Shown here piece after piece: positions 1 to 13,450 of a DNA stretch of 64,000 nucleotides (position 1 is its first letter; each line of letters starts with the position of its first letter). The DNA comes from Sphagnum compactum. Taxonomy: Eukaryota. The DNA lies in the NCBI GenBank assembly GCA_965153455.1, contig OZ234494.1:8990001-9054000 (forward strand), read 5' to 3'. The notes beneath the pieces were generated by a model, which worked only from the letters and a program-made list of their open reading frames with translations, ran no database searches and was not told the origin of the DNA. The position numbers were made by a program, and so were the translations under genes.

Positions 1-818
1 CCAACATATCAATTCAAAATTTGTCATTCAGATCTCCACTCCCATTCTATTTGGTTAGGTAAATGATCTGTTGACATTTTGTGTCGATTTAAAGCCATTT
101 AAATTTGCAAAGAACTTTTCAACCTATAATTTAAAACATGTGAATGTATACAAAGTTCATATAATGCAACCTAGTTGTGATGTGTGTGTGGTGTGATTTT
201 ATGTGAATGAATGATTCTTTTGTGGGATTCAAGATTTCTCTTAGGGCATTCACCACTTCAAGTATGAAGAAAGCGAAAGGTGAGGTTGAAGTAGATGTTG
301 ATTTATGGTAAAGTTCATTGTTCAAAGAACATAAGAACTCTTTTCTAACCAAAAGGCCATTTTACATACACACATTTCAACAATTGTCTAGTACTTTTGT
401 TATATTGAGGCTTGGAAACAAAAATTTAAGTTTGTGTGCATCGAGGTTTCACATGGCATTTGTAGGGGTTTGTAGCACACAATGTCTACTCATTTGTCTA
501 GTTGAGGCTGAGAAGGTTGAAGCAAACTCTCAAAATTTGTGGATTGCTTGACCTAGAGCATTGTCACAAACTTGAGCTCTCAAAATTCTCAATGGTTAGT
601 ATCATGGCACATGTTACTTCCCCAACTTCAACTTCACTTGTAAATTGGAGGCTTTAAAACATTTTGTTTTAATGTGCATTGCTTTACTCTCACCTAAGTT
701 GTGTTTTTGTCATCCACATGGCACATGGCCAATAAACTAACCCAATTTAAGAAGTTGTCATGGCAGCTGGTGCTCAATGTCTGATGGATGCAGCAGCTCT
801 ACAACACCTTCTGGTAGT
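1..818 (-). mobile_element. Degraded LTR-retrotransposon internal region (gag-like remnant), runs off the window start
   Basis: The minus strand near 240-265 reads LKWWNALRE, resembling the WW motif of Ty3/gypsy gag. It sits directly inside the LTR-like block 819-1318 and has many stops. Confidence 0.35.
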
Positions 819-1318
819 TGTCAAGGCTGAAGATCAATTGCAGCTCACTTAGCTCAAGAGTTCATCATCAATGTGCCTTGTCCAAAAGACACACCTTAGA
901 AAAGCTTAATGTACCAAAAGCTATTTGGAAGGAAGATCAACACATCAACACCAATAAAAGCTGCCAAACTGAGTGCTAAAGCACCATCAAGGACTTTCCT
1001 TTGAGTACTTTGGAGAAATATCCCTTTCGATACTTGAAGGACATCACTGGACACAAACACCTGCTTCAAGGGTAGGAGGTTGTTATGGATTAGATTGTGT
1101 TCAGGAGCTAATTACATCCTCCTCACATCTCAACCATTGATTTCAGTGAATTGTAGCCACCCTCACCTAAAAGATGAAAGACAGTGGAAAGTATTTCCTC
1201 CAAGGTTATTAGTGTAGGGTAATGGCCAAGGCTTCAGCCATTATTGGAATAAGGGCCTGCATGAGGTGGAGCCAAGGTGGGCCTGATTCTGGTGATGCCC
1301 ACAGTTGAGGGTGTTACA
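819..1318 (-). mobile_element. LTR of a Ty3/gypsy element (TGTAACACCC...TTGACA on the - strand)
   Basis: The plus strand ends GAGGGTGTTACA at 1318. Bases 1216-1318 align by eye with 35560-35629 (AGGGTAATGnCCAAGG...AATAAGGGCCTG...GGAGCC...GGGTGTTACA). The left TG boundary at 819 is tentative. Confidence 0.5.
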
Positions 1319-2087
1319 TGACATGAAAAGCGATGATTTTTTTAATACAAAATTCATTCTTTTCTTGTGATACCTGATGGGTATGCAACAGGTACCTACC
1401 GGGCATTATGGGAAAAAAAAAACATGATGTAAAGCATTTCAGAAAACGGAATGCCCATAGGTCATGTTTTCCGCCCTGTAACCATGCATGCACATACTTT
1501 GAAAATCTGGGCAGAGGTTTTCCCATAATGAGGAGCCTAACCCTCTGAAAACTTGTTGGAACTGGTTTAAAATAGTAAAATCCAGCTTGCTATGACCCTT
1601 AGCAGTTCTCAAAGTTCACCCAGCAGGGGGGCCTTACCATTTGTAGGATAATGCCCCTTTCCTCCCCGCCCCCAGGCAGTGCTCAAAAAACTGAGCAAAA
1701 TTCTGGCCCCGCAATTTGTCCTAAAGAAGAGAGCCAAAACGTGAACAGGCTTTAATTACAGCATGTCAAGGGATCTTCCATGGGGACTGACAAAGGCCTC
1801 CTCCTCAACACTTGAACTTGGCTCTGTCCTCGTTTGAGGTGAGTGTTTCATGCCCTGTACAAGATGCCTTCACTTTGTAAACCTAGTTCCATAATGGAGG
1901 AACACCACACTAACCCATCATTGCAAGTGCACTTATTTTACTTCCAGATATTCGGTGCAGGGTATAAGCTCTAGGACAGTAGCATTCCTACAAAAATGGG
2001 CCTATGGAAGTGAGTATGGGTACCAAATTTTTGGGAATCTCCCATCGAAGGATCTCACCCAATGTAACTGGTTTTGGTGGCCTTTTA

Positions 2088-2295
2088 AGGTGCATTCACA
2101 CCTAATGTTAAGTCAGTGTTAAGTGAAAATCTAGGTGGCATCTCAGGTGGCACCCAATTTTAAATGGGCAATTGTTTAACATTAAGTGAATGTTAACAGA
2201 AAATTTTCATGGTAAATAGGTTTAGGTCCTAGATGATTAACTTGGTGTTAGGGGATTTAATACTAGAGTCCTTAACACCAAGTGTGAATGCACCT
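2088..2295. mobile_element. PIF/Harbinger (Tourist-like) MITE, family A copy 1
   Basis: TIRs AGGTGCATTCACAC...GTGTGAATGCACCT, flanked by TTA on both sides (2085-2087, 2296-2298). Second copy at 48775-48988. Confidence 0.85.
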
Positions 2296-2442
2296 TTAGG
2301 CACTTTTGTGAGCTTTATCCTGGGTCGGACAAGCACTCTGCAGCAAGCTACACTTTTTATGTTGTTAGTGTCCATTTTAATGCATCCCTGCTTTAGAACA
2401 TAATTGCAATGTGAATCAATAGTGAGAAAACCAGTTACATTA

Positions 2443-2533
2443 GGGGAAAGCACTCTATGAGTGTCGTCCCCGTCATAACAAACAAGGTGAAAGCACTATA
2501 TGAATGCCATCCCCGTCACAACAAACAAGGTGA
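2443..2533 (+). repeat. Two ~42-bp tandem units starting GAAAGCACTnTATG, related to the left end of the element at 23548
   Basis: GAAAGCACTCTATGAGTGTCGTCCCCGTCATAACAAACAAGGT is followed by a near-identical copy. GGGGAAAGCAC..TATG...AAGGTGAT also occurs at 23548-23596. Confidence 0.75.
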
Positions 2534-3138
2534 TCTGACATTGCACATTACCTTATGCCCCCACCCTAGGAAGCTTACACCAAAATCCCTGCTAAATTGC
2601 GCTATGTAAGTTGCCTCAAATTACACTACAAAACCTCACTGAGGTTGTTACATTGGATAGAGCCCGGGATAGAGAGAGCCCTGAGATTGAGCTGGGTAAA
2701 ACCCTTGGAGCAGGTGGTTTCTGCCATGTACCTTGGGCTCTACCCTTGGATCAAAAGCATAACTGCCCTTCTCGCTGCACTTTACCCTAACACAAAAACT
2801 TAACCTAATTTTTTCTTTGTACCCGGAGGTCCTTTATAGTGCGTAGTCTTCCTTCTAGAGTCCATGGTGTCTAACACACATCTGCAAGGCACTGATTTGT
2901 AAGGTGCCTTCAGCTTAGCAGATTCCAATGACATCAGTTCATTTTAAGTTGATGAAGGGCATGTCACAAATGTTTCCCCCTTCCCCCCCCCCCCCCCCCC
3001 CCCCTTCCTTTTCTTTCAAGATGCTACCTCTATTCTCCTCCTCATTATGCTTCTCAATTGCCTTAAGATATACATTGCCCACTGGACAAGGGATAGTAGC
3101 CTTATGGCGCAGAGGCTCTAATTATGAATGACAACTAA

Positions 3139-3429
3139 GAGCATCTCCACCTCTTACTAATAAACACACCATTACATTAAATTTTGCAGGAGAATGGTGT
3201 GAAACCTCCTTGTTGTGCACTAAATATGACGAGGATAATCTGACCCGTAAAAAGAATTGTGTTGTGGATTGGTCAGCAATGAGAATAATTGGCCTAGATG
3301 GACAGCCTTAAGTAATCTTTCAATTGTTTACTAGACTTTGTCATGTGTATGGGTGTTGATATGGGATTGTTAAACACCAAACTGACTTCATATTAAGATG
3401 TGTTTAGCATTGTGGTGGTGGAGATGCTC
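3139..3429. mobile_element. PIF/Harbinger-type MITE with GAGCATCTCCACC termini
   Basis: Perfect 13-bp TIR GAGCATCTCCACC...GGTGGAGATGCTC. Flanks are TAA / TCA, an imperfect 3-bp TSD. Confidence 0.75.
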
Positions 3430-4132
3430 TCACATTTGTCGTGACACATGTTCCCACCAACACTGAAGAACAAGAAACCCCCTCTCGTCCGGGCCTTCCT
3501 TCACACATTGGTCTGATCATTCTCAATGATATCTTGGCTAGATTACCTGGGGCATTATATGTGACTTTGTGTATGTGTGCCAGTCTAAAAATGTCAAGCA
3601 TACTTGAGAATTAGATATGAAGCCTACTTTTAGAGCACCATAAATAATATGGTGGATATCAGTTTACAGAAACTGATACTGCACTAGAAGTTTGAACATT
3701 ATCTTGTTATAATGAAATTTTGATCTAGAGAAACATAAGAAGTAAACTATGTCCCCACAATTCATGCCCCTGCCATTAAAGTAGGCCAAAATATAAGGTG
3801 ATGACCACAGCTAGGAATACCTCAGGCAATGAGGAATTGCAGCATGCACTGTATCGACTCGCTTTTTTATGTTTTGGGGAGGTGTTGGATCACATTGGGT
3901 CCCCAACATGTTCCCAATAGCACCTCACTTTGTACCATATGCTTTGCCCAACATTGTCCTCTTGTAAACTATATACTTGGGCAAATGTTAGGAATTGTTT
4001 TTATGTTTGGAGTGATTAGTTCTACATTGTGGAGTCTCCAAAGTTTTAGAACTTTCTTGTCATGTGCTAATCAAAGGCACTCATCACAAAAGAGAAAAAA
4101 AATGGAACTTGGAAGGCATACCCCCAAACTAA

Positions 4133-4552
4133 TCTATTTCTTAAGGAAGGTAGGTTGTTTGTTGTGTTGAGATCTTACGAACCATGGTGCCCCATGCTGT
4201 GTTCGTGGTACAATTGTAAATCCTTGATGAGTAGGAGTACACCAAGGTGGTTTGGTAGTATTTACACCTATGATGCAAGAGTTATGGATTATTAAACAAT
4301 TTTGTCATTGAAAATTTAACAAAATTTATAAAATATTAGGGAAATTAGGGACAGTATTGTTGGGAAGTCCTTGATGAGTGGATTTCTTGGAGATGATTTC
4401 ATAATTTCAGCACCTAAGATGGGGAAAATATTGAATTTTGAGTAATTTCCGTCATTGCAAATTAATTAAAAATTAGAAATATTTTTTTTCACAATTGAGG
4501 TCTATTTTCAAGGTCCTGTTCACACTTGGGCCAGTGGCACAGGCCATGCTAG
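4133..4552 (+). mobile_element. Non-autonomous Helitron, copy 1
   Basis: Starts TC after an A. Ends with a GC-rich imperfect hairpin (GGCC...GGCC) then CTAG before a T. Homologous to 57410-57814. Confidence 0.7.
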
Positions 4553-6389
4553 TTATTTATTAACATAGCAAAGACAATCATGCCCAAATTTTTTCAAAGT
4601 TGGAATATCATTTAAAAATGGAATGCTATTTTGACAGTTGATATTCCATTTAAAAACTATAATAAATGCAAATTTAAAACACATCTTGTAGTATAAACTA
4701 TAAGCTAGTTGTGGTGTGGTATCAGGTATACCTACTAAGTCACAGTTTAGTTCTGCCAGAAATGTCTACAGAAATGAAATTTGAGAAGGAAATTGGCACT
4801 CCATATCCCTAGGGTTTAGGGTTTAGGATTTGAAAAAAAGAGTACCACCCAACATTGGAAATAACCACTTACAGACAAAATCAAGAGGGCAGCCATGTTG
4901 AAAAGCAGCTTAGATAGACAAGCAGCTTAGCAATAGGAAATATGGTATTGGGTTTTGTACCATGTGATGTTGGTCTGGTTTATAGGTTAGGTGATCATGT
5001 GTGCTTGTATTCCATAGCTAATCATGCTGGTTAGCTATGAATTAACCATCCACATGTGTCTACCTACCTCATTGCCACCCAGTGCCTTGTGTACTACCCT
5101 CATTTCATACTTACATAGTTAGTGTGTGATGGAACTTACATATGATATTTAGTTCATGAGTACCTAGTTCATTGTGTAATGGAAAAATAAGAAAATGAAT
5201 CCCCACTATCTAATAAGTTGGAATGGGACCCAACCTAAAACCAGGACTGGAATTGAAGGGTTGTATAAAAATTAGACCTATCAAATGCAAAACCCTTGGT
5301 CAAGAAAATTTGAACCCAACTGGAATCAATAGTTCAATTTTCTAAAAATATAAGGTGTTCCTTTTATTTTTTAAAAAAGCCCTAAATCCAAACCCAGTGG
5401 GTCCGATATAAACCAGCTAACACTAGTAGTTACCGAGGTAATATGAGGTGGAAGTAGGAGGGTATACAAAATTGGTGGTGGTTCATCCACAAATAAGGCA
5501 TAACATCATAACCAGCGTTGGCTTGTTCTTGGTTTTCAAAGGAACCATTAAATTCAAGTTTAAAGGTTTGCAGAAAAAGGAGGATCTCCTGATTTTGGGT
5601 TTTAGGGAACATAAAAAACCAAAGCCAGTTGGGGTGCATTCACATACCTAATGTAGGTAGCACTTGTCAATGATGTGGCATCCTAGTTGGTAGGTGGCAT
5701 TAACTTGGTGTTAAGTGTGTGTGCTAACTACCATTAAATCTAGCTTTAAACTTAAATTTTAGACTTTTAGTCAATGTTGTGTGAAGTCAACTGAAAGAAC
5801 CAAATAACCCAACATGACATAACATGAACATTGGGGGGGGGAGGGGGTCTAGTACCACCATCCTTCCCACTTTAAAAAAAAAGGAGAAAAAAAAGGATGA
5901 CAAAACAAGAGAATTCAAAACAATAGTTTTAGCAATCATTTTTGTTAAAGCAACCATAAAGGCCATGACTCGTAGCATCACCTTAATGTGTGAATGCACA
6001 AACTTTCTTGCAAGGTTAACTTTCATGATTGTTGCCAGTTTTGGCCGAGTTTCAAAATTTTTTTTTGAGGATTGTCGCATCTGGTTATGACAAAAAGAAA
6101 AACTTAAGAAAGACCTGGTTCTTTGTTCATTTTTTAATAAATTTTTTTTTACGCCAGTGCAAGTTATCATCTTTTTAAAAAAAAACTTGACCAATTCTCA
6201 CAAATTTGATAACAATTGGTTATGATATTTTTTCTTGATCAAAATACTAAATTTTTAATTTGAACTTAATAAAGTTTTTATAACATTGACAAGGTGCTAA
6301 CAATTGTCATTTTACACATTTAGAATTCAAAATTTTCATCTTTATCAAAATCATTTTCAAACTATTCAAACTCTTTTCTAGATCTCCAT

Positions 6390-8530
6390 TGATTTTAGTA
6401 AATTTTACTAAATGAAATAGAGACTTACATCCTATTCTAAGGTCATTTGACCAATTTTTAATTAGAAAAATTAACTTTTTAAAAATTTCAATTTGTAACT
6501 TATATCTCCCAAGATTAGTAAGTATTCTTGCTAAAGTAAGAAAAAAATTTGTTTCAATTTGTGATCCAACAATGTTTAGGATCTATTGGGCAAAAAAACT
6601 AATAGTTGAAAACATTACTTCATGTTTTTTCTCACCGTTGAAGAGGACATTTGATGTTTTTAACATCTACTTAATAACATCTAAAAATTAGGAACTCTCT
6701 CTTCACAAGTTGCTTTACTAATTCACTTGACCTTGTAATCTATTAGAAATATCCAAATTGCAATCCTGATCAAAAACATCTTGATTAGCAAAGCTTCTCA
6801 TAAAATGATGCAAAATGTTCATGACATTTTACCAACATAGGATATAGAGATTTCATTTCATATTTCTACATAAGAACAAAACCTTGGACTCTTCCAACAC
6901 ATGAGGATATTACATGAAAGCTTTTAAATTTGGGATCTAGCATTAGGGAAACCATGTTATGTGTTTTCTAATGTTAGGAAAAGAAAGCACACAACAAACC
7001 TCCTTTTGAATGTTACAGGCTAATAAAATTAATTCATTAACAAGACTAGATTCATCTTCCATTAAGCTTTCAAAAGGAGGCAGAAGTTCATTATTTTCTT
7101 TTAGTTTTAAATTCAAAAATTGTAAAATGTAATGCATCACTAAACAACCATTGTCCACAACACTAGTTTAGAACATAAGAAATGACAATGGGAAAAAAAT
7201 AGTCCATAATAATTTGAAAAATATGCCACATTAGAAGGGGTGGCACTTGTCCAATAACCCTCACAATAGTATGTGTGTTGTAACAAAGTACAAAAGTTAC
7301 TTAAAATTGCAATGTTTCTTGGAACATTATTATTTTCTTAACAAACCTACAAACAATAACAAAAAAATTAGTAATTGAAGTCAATTCTATAATATCAAAA
7401 AGACAAGTTCAAATTTTTAAAAAAATCAAAAACTAAGTAATAATATTTTGTTCTCATTAATGTGTTTAATTTTCTTGGGCATAAATTAGGTTCAACACAA
7501 ACTTTCTCTCATTCCTACCTACCTTTCCCAAATTTTTTAAGCCAAGTGTGTAAATCGGCTTGTGTAGATTTAACAGAGATATATTGGAAATTTATACACA
7601 CTTTTTCATCTATTGTGGCATATTAACATGCCTCAAAAAAAACATGACCAAAACAACTTCCCTAAAAACTCTCATTTAAACCAAGAAATTCACAATTGAT
7701 AATTGATTTCAATGCATTGGTTATTGCATTGAGGTTAGAGCCTTCATCTTTGATATAAGCAATAATTTTTTTCCTTAAATTTTACTTGTCCAATAGATTT
7801 GTTAAACTTCAAATCAAGGCTTGCCTTGTAGTTTTTATAATTTTAAGTAGCCCAATAGTGACATGTTTAGGCTACCATTCAGTTCCCAAAAAGTTGATGA
7901 CCAATGCAAATATATCATAGGCCCTTTTAAACATTCAAAGATCAAAGCTAGTGGTTGTAGAATGATATTATCCTTATGTTGGAAGAACATAAAGTTGTTT
8001 TGTTTTTTCCATTAAACATGGTAATATGTTTTGTGAAAACTATTTTTTAGAAGGAAAATTAACTCTTGAACATAGATGTGAAACCAAACATTTTAGCCAC
8101 ATACTATCAACAAACAACATTGGTAAATTATTTTTCACAACCAAAAGATGAAGATCTTAAAATATTGCATTTGCTACACATGATCCCTTTCGAAAGGATC
8201 TTTCACATCAAAAAATTTGGAGATCGAATTTCCCAACAAATTTGACCTTTTTTTGATAGTTGCCTTTCTTTCTTTTTTGAAACAAATTGTTTACTTCTTC
8301 CTCAAATATTTTGACAATTAGACCATGATCTACATCGACATGTTTTTTTAAAGACATTATTCCATTTGTTTTAATATGTGAAATTAACCTTCTTTTGCCT
8401 TGTGTTCTTGGATTTGTCGCATTAACTAGATTGTTATAACAAAATATACAATGCATTATCGGTGAATTATCAAGATCCACATTTGTATTATCATTTTCAC
8501 AATAAAACACCCAACATAGCAATGTTCTGC
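6390..8530 (-). mobile_element. hAT-superfamily transposase pseudogene (BED finger, catalytic core, dimerisation domain)
   Basis: Minus-strand peptides: BED-type finger MHCIFC...LKKHVDVDH (8208-8522), SFDL*M..AYDIFALVINFLGTEW*PKHVTIG (~7850-7950), YIKDEGSNL (~7745), CFGH (~7645), and a C-terminal HEVMFSTISFFAQ*IL..VGSQIET...KNW (~6440-6630). Many stops and frameshifts. Confidence 0.85.
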
Positions 8531-9392
8531 CATGAGGTTTTCAAAATTTTCTTTGAACATGCAAGCTTTTTATGTTATTTTGCATTATGTCTTATTCATT
8601 TTGACCTTCTAGATTTCTGCTTATTTCAATATGCACAATTGGATTCTCTTCAAATATTTTTTCCATTATATCACTCATATAAATTCCACATGTTTCATTT
8701 GCACTTATTTTATTTTCATTTTAAGAAGATTAATTCATTGACAATTTTCACAAGATTATTATCAAATAAGATGGAGGAAAAAAAAGCATTTTTTATTGCA
8801 CCAAACAATATAAAAAGAAATCAAAAAATAATATCAAAAGAGGAAACCAAGTGAGAAAGCATTTACAAGCAATTATAAAATAATAATAAAAACATTTACA
8901 AACAAGAGGATTAAAGTAAAAGTTTGGGCTTGCGAGTCTAAAAAATTATTTCAAAATTTCACTCATTTTTTTCTCTCATCATTATAGAATACAAAAGGTT
9001 TGAAGTTTGGATATGACATTAAAAATTTCAAAAATTTGAAATTTTGCCAACATTGATAAAAATCTTTCTGAATTTTTTGAAGATGATATTATGAAACATG
9101 GAAATCTCACCGGAAACTAATATGGGGAAAATCATCTTTTTTTGGTATATAGTGTTTTGGCCCTACAAAGGCAAATGGAGATCCTACTTTGGGGACATTG
9201 TTGGTAAATTTGTAACTTCCTAGGGGATTTCATCCAAAATTAGGAGAGCATCAATGAACATGAGGTTGGGAAAGCGTGATAGATAGGCAAATCCATGTGT
9301 GAAAGGGAACTTTTCTTTTTAGTTTAAAAACATTCTATAAGTTTCACCTTGAGACAAGAAACCAAAACAAATGGAAGGACAGGGACATGAAT

Positions 9393-11386
9393 TTAGCCCA
9401 AGGATGACCCTTCAATTTCATTGCTTGGCCAATCGTGCTGCTCCTGCTGGGCTGCAACTTGCATCAGTGAAGGATTGAGTTTGTACAACACAAGATCTAA
9501 ATGATTTTTGACTCTGCTAGTGTATGACAAAATACCCCTCAATACTACAGTCACTGCTTTTGTAAACAGTTCATTGAATGATGTAATCAAAGCTCTGATA
9601 TTAAAGTGCATCTTCTAAACAGATTATTAATACCTGTTTGAGATAAAGTAAACTGGTCCCGAGCTTGCAGTATTAGCCATTAAGCTCTGCAAATAAAAGT
9701 CCATCACTAGAACGTAATCATCTGGGGGACACTCCACACTGATGCTCAGTATGTGACCCTGCACATTAAAAGTCAAAACATGCCGGTTTGGATTAGCAAA
9801 ATGGTTTTACCTCAGCATTTGTGCATAATTTGCCGGGGCTGGTAGAAGGCCCATCAAAGCCTGACACCTGCTAGAGAGGAGTGTACTAAATGTGATATGA
9901 CTGGTGCCCCCTGTTTCTCATTGGCCAATCACAATGATTGGTCTAGGTGGCTTGCTATTAGTAGTCTCCCACCTAGTAGTTTCACTTTTAGGCTAGTATT
10001 ATGGGTGCAGTTGTAGAAAATTTAAATATCTAAACTTCCATGTGGGAATTTTTTTGTAGGGTCACATGCTGAGCGCCCCTGGGATGCTCTATCCCCGGAC
10101 CCAAAGTAGAGAGCTTATATAGCAAATGATAAAACCAATATTATATTGACTCTTCTGTATGAAAAGAACGACAGATATTAAAATGCATCCCCATTTTTCT
10201 AAGAAAATTTCAGAAAGAGGACAAAGGGATTATAAATTCATCACCCATCTCAACATTTTCTCACCTCAAAGTCTTGGCTTCCTGGCACAGCCAACAGGCA
10301 AGCAACCATGATGGTGAAACTGACATGAATGCACAGAAGAAATACTTACACTGCCTCTGGAGTCTGGGACCATGTAAGAGAGTTTAGTTTTAAAGTGGTC
10401 TTCATTAGATCTGTGAAATTATTTACAATGTACAGATTTCAAGTTCACTCCATATCTTCTGTCCTCAGGAGTTGTGCCTTCACAGATGTGAGGAAGTCCG
10501 TGCAAGCAAAATCTTTTGTCTTTGTAAGTTGACATTGGTATTCAATGATGGAATCAATTCTTAAGTCTGCTACTTTCTGTAGCAGTGAGCATTGGGTTTG
10601 TAACCAGATGCTTTAAAACCTTCAATTTCAAAGTTCAATCTGGTCAAACATCACGGGCCAAAGAGAAGAAAACAAAGAACAAACCTAGAGTGAACAGAAT
10701 TTCACTGTCAAGAACAGGACTTTGTATGAGGTACATTCAATTATATATATTAATGGTGCTTCCCAATTTCCCAATGCATAGAAGGAAAATCATGGTTTTT
10801 TTAAATACCTCCTCAGTGACCCTTCTTCTGGGCCTTCTCAAGTAGGGGCTCTCACATTCTGCATAGATTTTCCAGAATGAAAGTTACCTTCTGTTGGGTT
10901 TTCTCAACTTTTGGACTTTGTGGTTCTTCAATTATTGCAATACTCACGCCTGCTGCTGTGAAAGAAAAATTTCCCACTCACCCTAAAGCCCAAAAAAGCA
11001 AAGGATGTAAATAATAAGTACTCTTGTGATATCCATCATCAAACAACTCAAGATTTTCTTTTTCCAAACCTGCTCAAATTTCACATGCTTACCTTGCAAG
11101 GTGCTCTCTCTAAACACACTAGACAAATCGGAGGAGGTCTTTACGATCCTAGAGTACCTATGAGGAGGTGGGCCCAGCAGACTACTACATTTTGACATCT
11201 TTGCAGTTTCTAGGCAAGGTTTTAGGATTTTGGGTTGTGTGAACTCTGAATCCTGGTTCCACTGGTTTGGCATGCCAGGTTCCCAGGCTTATCATCTAAG
11301 GAATCATGAGTGTCTTCTTACATAGCTTCATAAATTCTCATCATCATCATCATCATTTTTAAACTCTTAAAAACTCCAATTTAAAG
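9393..11386 (-). pseudogene. Spliced gene-like relic of unknown family (about five exon-like blocks)
   Basis: GT..AG-bounded blocks 11386-11093, 10955-10809, 10684-10265, 9686-9634 and 9513-9393 chain in phase. The last junctions read ...VPGSQDFE|SLMANTASSGPVYFISNR|VKNHLDLVLYKLNP...*. The upstream blocks carry many stops. Confidence 0.35.
9727..10089. mobile_element. PIF/Harbinger-type MITE, family B
   Basis: Inverted ends GCTCAGTATGTGACCCTGCA ... TGTAGGGTCACATGCTGAGC, with a right terminus GATGCTC. Partial copy at 29560-29665. Confidence 0.75.
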
Positions 11387-13039
11387 CTGATCAGAACATG
11401 AAATTCAATAACTTTTGGACCTTACTATTACACTTCTTCAAAACTTTTTCATTTGGGTTTTCTCTGATAAAGGAGGGCAAGCAAAATCCTTCACCCTACT
11501 CATGTCCAACGTCCTGTAAAATGATTTACACAAAAAATTGAAGGGTGAGAGGTTGTGCTTGGTGAACCACGAGAGGAGGATGAATTGAGGCCATTGTGAA
11601 CTAGCACCCTCCAACACACCAATTGGTTGTTGTATACTCTAGATGGGGCCATTTTATTCGCCTTGTACCTATCCCCAAGTTAATCACCCTTAGTTAATTG
11701 AGTTAGATTATTTAAAGTTAAAACCTAGCTATACTTTTCTTTTCTTTTTTTTAAACAGTATTTTTTTCCTTTTTTGTACTAACCTACCTAGTTACCTACT
11801 TATTATTAACTACCTACTGACTACCTACTAATTACCTTTGTACTTGAAACAAGCTATTTACCTAAGCCTTTTACCCACTAATGCGACCCTACCTATATGG
11901 TCCCATATACCTACCTACCTATTAGCCCCCAAACTTCCAAAACCAATTGACGTAAAAAGACCAGATGTCATCGTCTTTGCTACAAGTGTATTGCAAAAAC
12001 CTTTGTCATTCACTTAAACAACTTTTAACTACATTATGATGATAACATAAGGTGGATCCCAAATGCACATATTGCAAAAAACTAGATTTGCAATACTTGC
12101 AAGTTTTGAATACATTACAAAATTATCAACCACCATTTAAGTAAGGGTAAACGAAAGGTAGGTAGTAAAATGCAATATTCTCCTGTTACTGGAAAAGAGT
12201 CACAATTATTTTTGAAAACAAGTAAAAAGAAAGGCAAGAAGAGAACAAAGGAAAGCAGAGAAAGGGGAAAGAAAAGAAGCAAAGGGAAGAAGGAGAAAAC
12301 GTGGCTTCACGTGGGCCAAGGTTGAGAACCTCTGAATAGTAGGTTAATAAAAACAATAAAAGCATTAGGGAGCGAAAATACACAAAGGAAATACATATTC
12401 CGTTTGAATTAAACTCAACATCAACCAATATAGTAAGGTACTAAAGAGCTTTTGTCCACAAACAGCCCTTTTATTGAAACAAAATGCCTAAAACACAATA
12501 GAAAGTCAAAAGCCAAAACAGGTCGTATGCCTTATCAGTAGACAGTGCTCACATGGAAATCACATCCTCATTTTGTCATGTAATTACATAGATATTTTCA
12601 GGCTTGCTTGCTTTGCTCCCCCCAAAAGGGAGTTTTGTTTTCGCCCTAACTTTAGCTAGGTCTTATCTCCTATCCCTGGGATACCTTTACTATGTTTAGA
12701 AGCAACCCAGAAGAGATTTGGAGTTTTTATTACAATGGCAGTGGCCTGCTGGTTCACCCAAGGGCATCATCATACAGGCCTGCCTGCTGGAGTCACCAAT
12801 AAGTGAGTGCTGCCGACACCACAAATTCCCATAGCCCCCATTTCTTCTGTTGCAAATTTTTAAAATAAAAATTATTCTAGGATTTTGCAATGATAAACGC
12901 AGAATGGGAAAATTCAAAAACTCCGTTTGTTTGCCCCCAAAAAAAAAAGGATTTAAAAAAAAAAGTACGCCCAGAGGGACTCCAGAATACCATAGTAGCC
13001 TACCTAGCCTCTGCAGGGAGAGAATTATTGATTACATTT

Positions 13040-13220
13040 TAAAATTGAATGTCCAAATTTTTGAAAATACCTGCCGCCATGCTGAAAATGTGAAACAAAA
13101 CTCTCAAGCACAATATAGCTTCATTTTTTAGTATAATGTAGAATTACAATATTTTATTTATTTATTTTTTGTTTTACTGCTGAACATAAATGAGCCAAAT
13201 TTAGTATTATTAGGCACCTT
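13040..13220 (-). repeat. Interspersed repeat, inverted homologue of 33714-33900
   Basis: The reverse complement matches AAGGTGCCTAATAATA...TATACTAAA..GAAGCTA..GTGCTTGAGA..CAGCATGGC..ATTTTCAAAA at 33714-33870. Confidence 0.7.
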
Positions 13221-13368
13221 AGTTGGCTAGGTACTACGGTACGTACTTAATTTCCCATTTTTTTGCAGTTGGAGCACAAGTGCCATAAAAATGGTAGGTA
13301 CCTACCTATTAGAATGTACAGACCGTGGATTCAGACTCTGTGTGGCAGGCAGTCAGGGCAGTCAGGCT

Positions 13369-13450
13369 GGTAGGTAGGTAGGTAGGTAGGTAGGTAGTAG
13401 ATACTTGTAGCAACTGTCTACGCAATTTGAAGTACCTACCTACCTACCTA
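13369..13450. repeat. (GGTA)n and (TACC)n microsatellites in inverted arrangement
   Basis: A GGTA run at 13369-13396 and a TACC run at 13433-13450. Perfect palindrome GGTAGGTACCTACC at ~13293-13306. Confidence 0.9.

Noticed and set aside
2641..2665. GTTGTTACA-TTGGATAGAGC resembling an LTR end plus tRNA-Met PBS
   Set aside because: The PBS match is imperfect, and I could not define a matching LTR start or coding region.
9393..11386. Idea that the in-frame stops are repaired by U-to-C editing or reflect targeted C-to-T mutation
   Set aside because: Every stop codon is one C-to-T change from a sense codon and the stop density is near random, so the sequence alone gives no support.
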